A DNA stretch of 57,991 bases from Candidatus Sumerlaeales bacterium (GCA_038243585.1 JBBSQY010000019.1:1-57991), one strand, 5' to 3'; shown: positions 30,101 to 38,881, counted from the first letter of the stretch. Translations and numbers: made by a program. Notes: generated by a model from the sequence alone, not told the origin.

Positions 30101-30283
30101 GAGCTGCGCGCGCCCATGTTCCTGTGCATCATCGGCGGACTGATCGTGTCGACCTTGTTGACACTCCTTGTGGTTCCCTGTTTCTACAGCGTTGTAGACG
30201 GCGGAACCCGGAAATTTAAAAGCTGGTTGGGCGCGCGAAAAGAGATGCCGGTAGTAGACTCCGAAGAAGTCATGGGGAAATAG
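27137..30283 (+). CDS. RND efflux permease (AcrB/MdtC-like)
   Basis: 1048 aa; PDVDFPVV, GIVVDDAI, VKKNSILLVD, RLRPILMTT. Confidence 0.96.
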   Translation: MSLASASIKHPVFAWMLMFAFIVFGGIGFSRLGVSQNPDVDFPVVNINLTMEGAAPEVMELDVVDFIEDSIMAVEGVKEVSSVSRQGSAEVTVEFTLETDVNEALQDVQARIGQAGRNLPQDLDPPIVTKTNPEDRPIMYIALQGTRSPQELTEYAKNVLRDKFLTVAGIGEVRLGGFLERNVRIWLDAGKLRQKNLTVQEVTEAISKQHVELPAGRIDAENRIANVRVEGEALNLKQVANLQIAENGKTPVYLKDVALIEDGFEDRTRIARADGLPAQSLGIIKQRGFSAVEVADAVRVRVAEIQKDMPAGMQISVRSDNTRFIKQAIHDIEFDIILAVILTALICWLFLGSLSSTFNVVLAIPVSVFGTFAFMYFAGFSLNTFSLLALALCIGIVVDDAIMVLESIYRHAEEGEDKVTAARRGTEEVTSAALAATLAIIAIFLPVAFMQGIIGKFFFEFGVVLSVAVAISLLEALTIAPARCSQFLKVGHRGNWLERFVGRTFDSLARAYKFALRHALAHRWTVLISSVVFFAVTVLVPFQDVNAAFAKIPGLNQVKFPDAVKSEMMPSVDTSNFMIRFTAPVGSSIEYTDGVMTKLESILAAEPAVEGQLAIAGTGEMNSGIMFVSLVDPSKRPGQQEVMKQLRGKLNVIPGTRVVLQDLSQTAFSASRGYPIEFTLRGPDWEGLAAQADKIMAIMRESGTAVDIDSDYRVGLPEVSVTPDREKAMALNVDVRAIATSVNALVGGQRVGKFKDNGRRYDIRVRLLKNERTRPEDIGNLYVKNRDGQQIALSELVQVKVQPSLQSITRKNRQRAISVYANPAPGFTQAEGLAVVEQAKADLPDNYEAVLSGGSQVYQEAIDSLIFAMLLGLFAAYMVLGSQFNSFIHPITVLMALPFSITGALFALWITGGTINIYSMIGIILLFGIVKKNSILLVDYTNQMRERGMNVREALMHACPVRLRPILMTTCAMVAGAIPGALATGPGSELRAPMFLCIIGGLIVSTLLTLLVVPCFYSVVDGGTRKFKSWLGARKEMPVVDSEEVMGK

Positions 30284-30360
30284 CATCCGCTGCCGGGACA
30301 CTTAAAATCAGTTGATCCTAGCCTTTAATAAAGCTCCTGTTAAACCGCATCAAAGCCCGT

Positions 30361-30672
30361 CTAGATCTCGATGATCAGGTCGTGCATGCGCAACTGCACA
30401 AGAAACGCATCAACGTCCTGTCTGGCCTTATCCTCATCCAAATGTGTCCACTTCTCTTGCAGTTCATGGGCGAGGTCCGCCACAGTTCGTGGGGCAGTCA
30501 ATACCTGCCATAGGTGCGTACCGGCAGGATTCAGCGTGATCGCGTTACGGCTGGCCCGGTGATATATAGCCATCCGATCCCCTGCCAGCGTCGCATCCGC
30601 CATCGGAGAATGCCCGTAACGTCGCTGCTCCATCCCCTCGCTATGCAATTCCATTCTTACCTCTGATTTCAC
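30361..30672 (-). CDS. PqqD-family protein (RiPP recognition element fold)
   Basis: TLNPAGTHLWQVL..PRTVADLAHEL...ARQDVDAFLVQL...DLI pattern. Confidence 0.8.
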   Translation of the reverse strand: MKSEVRMELHSEGMEQRRYGHSPMADATLAGDRMAIYHRASRNAITLNPAGTHLWQVLTAPRTVADLAHELQEKWTHLDEDKARQDVDAFLVQLRMHDLIIEI

Positions 30673-30785
30673 TTTTCTTGATTTTGTTTTTCATCGCGCC
30701 ATTGGTGACTTTGCGTCAAACGTTTTTCATTGGCACTGAGATTGTGTATAGTAGATCATATCTGATTGATAGGATACCTAAAACC

Positions 30786-31952
30786 ATGACGAAAAACCGA
30801 ATTATTGCGCTTCTGTTTACATTAAATGCCCTTCTCATCGGCACTGTATTACTTACCAACAGCGGCTTGCTCAAACAGGATATGTTTACCCGAATCGCAG
30901 GTGCCGCTCCCGCGACCTCAACTACCTCTACAGCCGCGTCCCGCCGCACTGTTCTAGTGGATGCGGCGGAACAGATAGCTCCCAGCGTCGTCTCCGTCGG
31001 GGCTTCGCGCAGCCAGTACTATGTCAGTCCTCACGCGTCATTCTTTCGGGATTTCACCGTTTTTGAAAAGGAGAAAGAGGTGCCGTATCTAGGCAGCGGG
31101 GTCATAGTGGATTCCAGTGGTTTGGTTGTGACAAATTATCACGTGGTCGAAGACGCCAAAGATGTTTTTGTCACACTTGTGGACGGACGTAAGCTGCCAG
31201 GCAAAGTGCTGGACGCAGATGTCGCCCTGGATATTGCTCTTATAAAAGTTGAGGGAACCAATCTCCCCGCCGCAAAACTGGGCAATAGCGAAGACCTTAT
31301 GGTTGGCGAATGGACCCTTGCTATGGGCAATCCATTCGGCGACGTCATTGGCAGCCCCACCCCGACGGTCACCGCGGGGGTGGTTAGCGCCATTAATCGC
31401 AATTTTCGTCCCAGCGCAAATATCCCCAGGGTTTATCTGGACATGATTCAGACTGATGCGGCCATCAACCCCGGTAATTCCGGCGGCGCACTGGTCAACG
31501 CTTCAGGCGAACTTATTGGACTTAATACGTTCATTGTGAGCCGTAGTGGCGGAGCCGAAGGAATCGGCTTTGCCATTCCAATTAACCGAATTAAAGCGGT
31601 AATGAAAGAAATAGTGGATCACGGGAAAATCCGCCCCCGCCTGGTGGATTTCGAAACAATCACTTTGAACACTCGTGTGGGCAAGATGCTGAACACAAAT
31701 GCAGATAAGGGTGCCGTCGTAACTGAGGTCAATCCTGGCGGCCCTGCGGAAAAGGCAGGAATTAAGGTTGGCGATGTCATCACGACAGTTAACGGCGAAA
31801 TGGTAACCGACGCGTCAAACCTGCAACTGAAGGTGTGGTATAATAAACAGGTTGGATCCAGATTCCAGTTTACTATCGATCGCTCTGGTTCGCCGGTAAC
31901 TGCCGACTACGTGCTGGTGGAACCGCCCGCGGGCAATACTGACAACGAGTAG
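30786..31952 (+). CDS. HtrA/DegQ serine protease with one PDZ domain
   Basis: GSGVI, TNYHVV, DIALIK, QTDAAINPGNSGG, PDZ GPAEKAGIKVGDVI; N-terminal anchor; ATG 30786. Confidence 0.95.
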   Translation: MTKNRIIALLFTLNALLIGTVLLTNSGLLKQDMFTRIAGAAPATSTTSTAASRRTVLVDAAEQIAPSVVSVGASRSQYYVSPHASFFRDFTVFEKEKEVPYLGSGVIVDSSGLVVTNYHVVEDAKDVFVTLVDGRKLPGKVLDADVALDIALIKVEGTNLPAAKLGNSEDLMVGEWTLAMGNPFGDVIGSPTPTVTAGVVSAINRNFRPSANIPRVYLDMIQTDAAINPGNSGGALVNASGELIGLNTFIVSRSGGAEGIGFAIPINRIKAVMKEIVDHGKIRPRLVDFETITLNTRVGKMLNTNADKGAVVTEVNPGGPAEKAGIKVGDVITTVNGEMVTDASNLQLKVWYNKQVGSRFQFTIDRSGSPVTADYVLVEPPAGNTDNE

Positions 31953-32004
31953 GCATTTGATCTCCTATCGCTTTTAACAACAAAATTACTACTTGGAAAA
32001 CCAA

Positions 32005-32032
32005 AGCCGCCCCCATTTCAGGGGCGGCTGTT
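32005..32032 (+). terminator. GC-rich hairpin after htrA
   Basis: AGCCGCCCC/GGGGCGGCT stem; weak U-tract. Confidence 0.5.
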
Positions 32033-32140
32033 CCAGTTTGGTCATACGCCCACTTTACTCCTCTCGGAAGAAGTGTTCTTGCACTCGTGTTTGTTATAAA
32101 CTCCATTCCTTCAACAGGCATTGAACTCCGGAGAAAAATC

Positions 32141-34930
32141 ATGGTCCGTCACATTTTTAAACTGGCAGGAATTACTGCGACAACAATTGCAATGGTTGCC
32201 ACCGCGACCGCGCAGCAACCGAATATCATCGACGATACGGACGTCGGTTTTTCCACCACCGGAACATGGACTAACGGCACTTACTCCACTGATTTCTACG
32301 GGACCGGCTATGCCCATGCCAACTCCGTCCAAAACGCTTCATCGCCGCCCACGAATGTGGCTACCTGGCAAGTGCCTATTACCGAAACGGGGTTTTACAA
32401 CGTCGCGCAGCATCACACCGCCGGCCCCAACCGGGCTGTCGACGCTCCATACACCGTCGTAACGGACTACGGAGAAAACACCGTCCGCGTCGATCAGCGG
32501 ATCAATGGCGGGCAGTTTAATTCTATTGGCAGTTTCCATTTCAACGCCGGGCAAACGGCGATCGTAAAACTCGGCAACAACACAATAGCGTCCAGTGTCG
32601 TTATTGCCGATGCTGTTCGTCTGACGCGCATAACCACAGAAACCGCCCATAACGAATATCGCTTTTTCTGGGTCAGCCGCTACCAGTGGCCTGATTCGAA
32701 CACGGCGACCTCCCAGGCCGCCATTCGCAACCGCTTTCAAACCGCCGCAGATAACAACTTCAACGCCGTGTTTTTCCAGGTACGAGGTCAGATGGATACT
32801 TATTATCCGTCCCCTTATGAACCGTGGACTTCCGTCTACGGCTGGAGCGATCCCGGCTGGAACCCTCTCCAGTATGCCATCGATCAGGCTCATTCTCGGG
32901 ACATCGAATTCCACGCCTATTTTAACACGCACACAATGACAGCCCCTGTGCCTCCGTCGGTCACGTCCCCGCAGCATATATATAATCTTCACGGCCCCGG
33001 TGCCCCCACAGGGGCTGATCGATGGGACGCCCATGACGTATTCGGAAATCCCGCCACCACCTCTGACGGCTATCGATGGTTAAGCCCCGGTGTGCCCGAG
33101 GCCAGCTTTCATACACGCCGGGAACTGATGCACCTGGTGAACAACTACGATGTCGACGGCGTCCACTTCGACCGCATTCGCACATCCCGCCAAGACGTTA
33201 GTTATGATCCCATTAGCGTCAGCAGGTTTGAGGGAGACGGCAATCCCGATGACCTTACTTACCCGGAATTTATGCGCGACCAAATCACCCGGGATCTCCG
33301 CAGAATATACGGTGCGGTTCAGGCCTCCAAACCTGATGTCAAAATATCCGCCGCACCTATCGGCATTTCAAAACGGAACAGCGACACTCAATATCAGGGC
33401 ACCGGGACCCAGGCGTGGTATGTTATGAATCAGGACGCATGGGCGTGGCTGAAGGCTCATGTCATGGACTTCGTTGTGCCGCAAATCTATTGGGAAACTG
33501 ACAGCCCTCATCCCCACGAGAAAATTCTGGCGGACTGGCTGGAAAACGCCGGCGGGCGCTGGATCGTGCCGGGGAGCCGCACCGCCAAAACCATTTCCGG
33601 CGACGGTCCCAAATCCCTGGCGAGCCTGCTGAGCGAATGGCAGACGTCTGTGGATCAGGGCGCGGCGGGTAAATGCTGGTGGCAGGTGGTGAGCCTGGAG
33701 GATAAACCGACCGGCGAATTTCAGAGCTATTACGAGGCGCTAAAATCCGGCCCCTACAAGAACAAGGTTAGTCCGCCCGCCATGCCCTGGAAAACGAATC
33801 CCACTACAGGATATATCACCGGCTATGTCCGCGATACGGCTGGTCAGCCGGTCGTGGACGCCAGGGTTAAAATGGAGGGTAACGACTTCACCTATCTCAC
33901 CGGATGGGACGGATTTTTCAGCATTCTGGATGTGTCGCCGGGACAACACGCTTTGACAGCCACCAAATATGGCGCTGGCTCTGCTACGCAAGTTGGCATT
34001 ACAGTAACAGCCGGCGATGTCGCTTCGGCAGATATAAACCTAAATCCGCGGCGGGGCTTTACAGAATTTTTCAGGACCCGATATAACCACGAAGACACTG
34101 TGCGTGTACGCGTTTTTGACCAAGACCTTTCCGGAGCATCTGTCGCACTCGTTCATGTAGTCGGCCCACAGGATTCGGCCGGTGAAACTATCGCTCTTGC
34201 TGCGGAAGGAAGCGGAAAATTTAGCGGAGAGTTTAACCTCCAAATTACTCCATATCTGCCCGGCGACGGTAAACTGCGCGGATTGCCAGGCAACATCATC
34301 ACCGCGCAATATCTGGACGCTGACACCGGAACCGGATCTGGCGCTATGGCGGAAGATCGATTTGTCGTCCGGATCCCTGAAGCCATTATCTGTGAAAGTC
34401 GCAATCCTGCTGGCGGTGTATCCGCTACTCCCCTTTACAAGGAAATCACGACTCAGGGAAACTCATGGGGCAACACGCCGACCGTCGGCCCTAATAAGAT
34501 CGTCATCAAAAGCATGGCTCCTGAACTGAACGGTCTTGGTGGACGCACCACCAACGGCCCTGGCGGTATCTATGAATTCCGCCCACCAGTGTCTGCTCCC
34601 GGATATTATAACGTCTATGTCACCATCCCCGGCATTGATCGCAGCAACGTTTTTGTTGCTCCAGGAACTACGGTGGAAATTACATCGGAAGCTTCCCCGA
34701 TAACTCTGACGGCCGACCTCTCATCCAATAACGATGCCGTAGCAGGGAAATGGATGCTGCTCGCGGAGGATGTGCCGTTCGACGCCGGCACCGACGGAAT
34801 TGTCCGGTTCATCAATAATAATACGAACGCGCCACCGACCCAACAGTTCAGTGCCGACGCCGTAAAGCTGGAATTCATTCGTCCACTAGGGGTCAACGCA
34901 GACGTAGAACATTGGCAATTATTCCAATAG
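32141..34930 (+). CDS. Secreted GHL10 (YddW/DigH-like) glycoside hydrolase with golvesin/Xly-like beta-sandwich domains and a carboxypeptidase-regulatory-like domain
   Basis: Signal peptide; FNAVFFQVRG, EFHAYFN, YDVDGVHFD, QDAWAW...DFVVPQIYW; golvesin-like NRAVDAPY/VIADAV modules; ITGYVRD. Confidence 0.85.
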   Translation: MVRHIFKLAGITATTIAMVATATAQQPNIIDDTDVGFSTTGTWTNGTYSTDFYGTGYAHANSVQNASSPPTNVATWQVPITETGFYNVAQHHTAGPNRAVDAPYTVVTDYGENTVRVDQRINGGQFNSIGSFHFNAGQTAIVKLGNNTIASSVVIADAVRLTRITTETAHNEYRFFWVSRYQWPDSNTATSQAAIRNRFQTAADNNFNAVFFQVRGQMDTYYPSPYEPWTSVYGWSDPGWNPLQYAIDQAHSRDIEFHAYFNTHTMTAPVPPSVTSPQHIYNLHGPGAPTGADRWDAHDVFGNPATTSDGYRWLSPGVPEASFHTRRELMHLVNNYDVDGVHFDRIRTSRQDVSYDPISVSRFEGDGNPDDLTYPEFMRDQITRDLRRIYGAVQASKPDVKISAAPIGISKRNSDTQYQGTGTQAWYVMNQDAWAWLKAHVMDFVVPQIYWETDSPHPHEKILADWLENAGGRWIVPGSRTAKTISGDGPKSLASLLSEWQTSVDQGAAGKCWWQVVSLEDKPTGEFQSYYEALKSGPYKNKVSPPAMPWKTNPTTGYITGYVRDTAGQPVVDARVKMEGNDFTYLTGWDGFFSILDVSPGQHALTATKYGAGSATQVGITVTAGDVASADINLNPRRGFTEFFRTRYNHEDTVRVRVFDQDLSGASVALVHVVGPQDSAGETIALAAEGSGKFSGEFNLQITPYLPGDGKLRGLPGNIITAQYLDADTGTGSGAMAEDRFVVRIPEAIICESRNPAGGVSATPLYKEITTQGNSWGNTPTVGPNKIVIKSMAPELNGLGGRTTNGPGGIYEFRPPVSAPGYYNVYVTIPGIDRSNVFVAPGTTVEITSEASPITLTADLSSNNDAVAGKWMLLAEDVPFDAGTDGIVRFINNNTNAPPTQQFSADAVKLEFIRPLGVNADVEHWQLFQ

Positions 34931-35334
34931 GCGTTCTCGCAAAAAAGTATAACGAGTTTCGAATCAGGCATACGCATCCGGGGGCAACTACTATAAGACA
35001 TTGCTGGACGCACAATTTCGCGCAATCGACAACCAAAGATCCGCTACCTTGTAACTCTTTAGATATAAGTCATCGGCATTTAAAATTGATATTTTTAAAA
35101 ATAGCTGTTGACCATTTACACTCGGGGTTGCCTAAGAGTTATTCAACATCCGGTTAGTTGACTGATCTTATTAGTAGCAATGCAAGTTGGTTTTACTGGC
35201 CGGGAATTCGCTAACATTGTCGCTCTGAGTAAAGCTTATAGTTTTGCAATGGCCGCATTTATTAGTTGTAGCATTAACGGTTTTTTTATGATGTTTTCAC
35301 ACGCCCTTTGCTTGCTTAGGGATGTACCCGTAAT

Positions 35335-35608
35335 TTTATCTTTGAAGTAACGGAGGATAATTTAAGACCCGGAACCTCACCATGCAAGGCAGGTTTACCC
35401 CGTTAAAGGGATTCCCCTGGTTTTACCCTGTACCAATACTTGTTGTTGATGTGAACGGTTTCTTGCAACGCCAGAAAAGCTTGTTTCAATTTCTCTCAAC
35501 GGCGTCAGGCAAGGAGTCGAACCACCCTCGCAAAATTCTACGGCAGCCCCCGGCGCCGTCCACAAGATTGCGAAACATGTCATCCTCCAGCAACCAATTA
35601 GGGGTTAT
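35335..35608 (+). ncRNA. Candidate structured leader RNA, copy 1 (before amidase 1)
   Basis: GGAGGAT 257 nt before ATG; UCGCAA...UUGCGA-AACA stem enclosing an ACGGC(A)GCC/GGCGCCGU hairpin. Confidence 0.45.
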
Positions 35609-36562
35609 ATGAAAAACGTAAGTGCAGTTTTATTGGGAGCAGTTTGCACCCTCACAGTCGGCGCAGCATCGGCCGCAACCCCGGATCTTTCAAGCTGCGA
35701 CTCATGGCGTCCGGCAGCAGCAGGCAATTACGCCGCTTCCTCCCGTCCAAGCAGCTATCCTATTCAGTACGTTGTGATTCACAAAGTCCAGGGAACCGCC
35801 TCTAGCGCCGCTTCCTGGTTTCAGAACGGAGCCGCAAACGTCTCGGCTCACTTCACATTCGACAACAGCAGTGGATACTGCTACCAGTCCGTATTGGAAA
35901 AAGATATCGGCTACCACGCCGGAAACTTTACATATAACCAAAGGTCCGTAGGTATTGAACACGGCGGTTATGTGACGAGCAACGACACATCGACAGCTTG
36001 TTACAATGAAAGCGCGATTGAAACCAAAAGCTGCATCGTTTACTACGATGTAACCCACTCTCGCAGCCGCATCCTCGGTCATAATGAAGTACCCGGCGCA
36101 AACCATACGGATCCAGGGCAGTATTGGAACTGGACCTATTACATGAGCAAGTGCAACCCAACGCCTCCACCTGCCGGAGCCAATTATATCGATGACTCGC
36201 CTTCAGCTGCATCCAGCTGGGCGTCATCCACGTCCGCTGCAGATAAATACGGCGCCAGCTATTTGTGGCATTCGACAGCAGCCGTAAGTGATCCTGCATC
36301 GTGGACGATCAGCGTTCCGACCACAGGCAATTACGATATCTCTGCATGGTGGACCGCAGGCGCAAATCGCTCGGCAGCGGCTCCTTATGTACTGCCTGGT
36401 GGCGGCACTGTTACCAAAAACCAGCAGGGCAGCGGTGGGGCTTGGAATCTTCTAGGCACCAAATCGCTGGCCAGCGGCAACCAGACCACACAGCTCTCAG
36501 TATGGGCTGCCGGCGGTTACATTGTTGTAGCTGATGCAGTTAAGTACTTCGGCCCTAAGTAA
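35609..36562 (+). CDS. Secreted N-acetylmuramoyl-L-alanine amidase (Amidase_2) + C-terminal golvesin-like domain, paralogue 1
   Basis: Signal peptide; VVIH, SAHF, YHAGN, SVGIEH, GHNEVP, HTDPG; ANRS..APY and VVADAVKY. Confidence 0.92.
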   Translation: MKNVSAVLLGAVCTLTVGAASAATPDLSSCDSWRPAAAGNYAASSRPSSYPIQYVVIHKVQGTASSAASWFQNGAANVSAHFTFDNSSGYCYQSVLEKDIGYHAGNFTYNQRSVGIEHGGYVTSNDTSTACYNESAIETKSCIVYYDVTHSRSRILGHNEVPGANHTDPGQYWNWTYYMSKCNPTPPPAGANYIDDSPSAASSWASSTSAADKYGASYLWHSTAAVSDPASWTISVPTTGNYDISAWWTAGANRSAAAPYVLPGGGTVTKNQQGSGGAWNLLGTKSLASGNQTTQLSVWAAGGYIVVADAVKYFGPK

Positions 36563-36614
36563 ATCTATCCAATCTGCTTAGTTCATTCCGATGAACTGAA
36601 CATGGATTTTATTA

Positions 36615-36908
36615 GCGGGGGGAAGCGTCCTCAACAGCACAGAATTCGTTGGATGACGCTTCCCCTCAATTTAGAAGGAGGATTTAAGCTCTCACCAATC
36701 TCTCCCACGCGTACAAGTCTCATCTACGAGAAACACCCTGTAGTTTGTAAAAATAATCAGGTACAGCTGCCATCGCTCGTAAACAATAGCCTAACCCGGC
36801 GGCTTCCCTGAATCTGTATCGCTGCTTTACTGATGGTCATCGGTCATCGGGCGCAAAGAGCGAAACATCTTTACGAAATCCAAATGGATTTAAGGGGTTC
36901 AGAAAGAA
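36615..36908 (+). ncRNA. Candidate structured leader RNA, copy 2 (before amidase 2)
   Basis: 11-bp stem 36619-36665, GGAGGAT, CAGG/CCUG stem, UCGC...GCGAAACA module, AAAUCC/GGAUUU hairpin next to the SD. Confidence 0.55.
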
Positions 36909-37457
36909 ATGAAAAAAATTGCAATCGCAATCCTCGGCGCCGCATGCGCCCTTATGGTCAGTGCCGGCTTTGCCCGTACGCCTGATCTGCCAAGCTGCGA
37001 CTCATGGCGTCCAGCTCACTCTGGAAACTACACAAACTCATCCAGGCCGAGCAGCTACCCAATACAGTATGTTGTTATACATAAAGTGCAGGGCTCTGCC
37101 GCCAGTGCCGCATCGTGGTTCCAAAATGCAGCCTGCAACGCTTCCGCGCACTTCATATTTAACAACAGTTCCGGATACTGTTACCAGTCTGTGCTTGAAG
37201 AAGATGTTGCATGGCACGCCGGAAACTGGACCTACAATACGAAATCCGTGGGTATCGAGCATGGTGGTTATGTTACCAGCAACGACACCGCCACGGTCTG
37301 CTACAATGAAAGCGCTATTGAAACAAAGAGCTGCATCATCTACTACGACGTGACCAAGTCTCGCAGCCGCATTCTTGCTCACAGCGAAGTACCGGGCGCG
37401 ACTCACACAGATCCAGGCCAATATTGGAACTGGACCTATTACTTTAGCAAGCTGTAA
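36909..37457 (+). CDS. Secreted Amidase_2, paralogue 2 (catalytic domain only)
   Basis: Near-identical catalytic domain; stop exactly at the domain boundary (YYFSKL*). Confidence 0.92.
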   Translation: MKKIAIAILGAACALMVSAGFARTPDLPSCDSWRPAHSGNYTNSSRPSSYPIQYVVIHKVQGSAASAASWFQNAACNASAHFIFNNSSGYCYQSVLEEDVAWHAGNWTYNTKSVGIEHGGYVTSNDTATVCYNESAIETKSCIIYYDVTKSRSRILAHSEVPGATHTDPGQYWNWTYYFSKL

Positions 37458-37581
37458 TAGTATTATCAAATAGCACCGATTAAGTGATTAGCCGGAGCCT
37501 CGGCCAATCAGTAACATTGCTCTTTTAATTCTCTTTTTCAGCTGTGGGATAGTCACCGGCCCACAGCCTGAAATCACCCCT

Positions 37582-37899
37582 GCGGGGAGGCAACGCCTGA
37601 TCGGCAACTGTAACCGGCAACTGGCTGAGCGTTGCCTCCCTCGAATTTCTCGAAAGGAGGATATTGCAAGACCCCGTCGCGCAAATCAACAACGTTAAAT
37701 TTGTGCGCACACTTTGGCCTTCAAGGTCACCGAAGACTACCAGGCAGACTTTGCTACCAATGCCGCCGCCATGTCGGGGGCGACATGCGGAGCCTGTAAA
37801 ATCTATCGCGGCTTTACCAGTGCCTGCCGGCGCTGCGAGGAAAGTCGCGAAACACCGGTGAAACAAAATCCAATGGATTTAAAAAGGGGTTCAACTATA
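37582..37899 (+). ncRNA. Candidate structured leader RNA, copy 3 (before amidase 3)
   Basis: 12-bp stem 37585-37640, GGAGGAT, CAGGC/GCCUG stem, UCGCGGCUUU/AAAGUCGCGA-AACA module, AAAUCC/GGAUUU hairpin next to the SD. Confidence 0.55.
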
Positions 37900-38853
37900 A
37901 TGAAGTGTTTTACTCAAGCAATACTCGGCGCAGCTTGCGTCTTACTAGCCGGCGTCGGCACAGCAGCTACGCCAGATTTATCCAGCTGTGACTCATGGCG
38001 TCCAGCTCATTCCGGGAACTACACTAATTCATCCCGTCCCAGCAGCTATCCGATCCAGTATGTCGTCATCCACAAAGTGCAAGGCTCTGCTGCCAGCGCG
38101 GCATCATGGTTTCAAAATCCCGACTGCAACGCGTCTGCGCACTTCACCTTCAATAACAGCAGCGGATACTGCTATCAGTCTGTATATGAAGCCGATGTCG
38201 CATGGCACGCAGGCAACTGGACTTATAATACTAAGTCCGTCGGTATTGAACATGGCGGCTACGTGACCAGCAATGACACAGCCACCGTGTGCTATAACGA
38301 AAGCGCTATCGAGACGAGAAGCTGCATCATTTATTACGATGTAACTCACTCGCGCAGTCGCATTGTTGGCCATAGCGAAGTACCGGGCGCGACCCATACT
38401 GATCCAGGTCAATACTGGAACTGGTCGTACTATATGAGCAAGTGCAGCACAACCCCCCCACCTGTTGCCAATAGCTATGTTGACGACACCCCTAGCGCAT
38501 CTTCAAGCTGGGCGTCTTCCACGTCCGCGTCAGATAAGTACGGCGCAAGCTATCTCTGGCATTCGACTGCTGCAGTAAGTGATCCAGCGTCGTGGACCAT
38601 TAGTGTTCCAACCAGCGGCAATTATGACATATCTGCGTGGTGGGCAGCAGGTGCCAACCGTTCCCCTGCAGCGCCATATGTACTGCCAGGTGGCGGAACA
38701 GTCACAAAAAACCAGCAGGCTAACGGCGGCAAATGGAACCTGCTCGGAACCAAAAGCCTAAGCAGTGGAAGCAATACCACACAATTATCGGTTTGGGCTG
38801 CCGGCGGTTACATTGTAGTAGCTGACGCAGTAAAATATTACGGTCCTAAATAA
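37900..38853 (+). CDS. Secreted Amidase_2 + golvesin-like domain, paralogue 3
   Basis: ATG 37900 (MKCFTQ...) gives 317 aa, the same length as paralogue 1; same motifs; AAGGGG SD. Confidence 0.92.
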   Translation: MKCFTQAILGAACVLLAGVGTAATPDLSSCDSWRPAHSGNYTNSSRPSSYPIQYVVIHKVQGSAASAASWFQNPDCNASAHFTFNNSSGYCYQSVYEADVAWHAGNWTYNTKSVGIEHGGYVTSNDTATVCYNESAIETRSCIIYYDVTHSRSRIVGHSEVPGATHTDPGQYWNWSYYMSKCSTTPPPVANSYVDDTPSASSSWASSTSASDKYGASYLWHSTAAVSDPASWTISVPTSGNYDISAWWAAGANRSPAAPYVLPGGGTVTKNQQANGGKWNLLGTKSLSSGSNTTQLSVWAAGGYIVVADAVKYYGPK

Positions 38854-38881
38854 CCAGCATCAGCGTTAATCGCATCTTAAC

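Noticed and set aside
36600..36810. c-di-AMP (ydaO) riboswitch before amidase 2 (GCGGGGGGAA and AGCCTAACCCGG resemble parts of it)
   Set aside because: The GCUGAAUC, GGGGUGAAU and CCCGAACCCG core segments are absent and the fragments are not shared by the other two leaders; cmscan would settle it.
37664..37861. Leader peptide after GGAGGA (65-aa TTG ORF); also the 35382-35612 ORF
   Set aside because: No equivalent start or peptide similarity in the other leaders; copy 2 has no start codon after GGAGGA.
37714..37899. 62-aa N-terminal extension of amidase 3 in the ORF track
   Set aside because: Signal peptide, SD and length parity with paralogue 1 all point to ATG 37900.
35609..38853. Repeats suggesting a CRISPR array or DGR template/variable pair
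   Set aside because: Repeats are whole paralogous CDSs with scattered, largely third-position differences; no short repeat-spacer period, no adenine-specific pattern and no reverse transcriptase.
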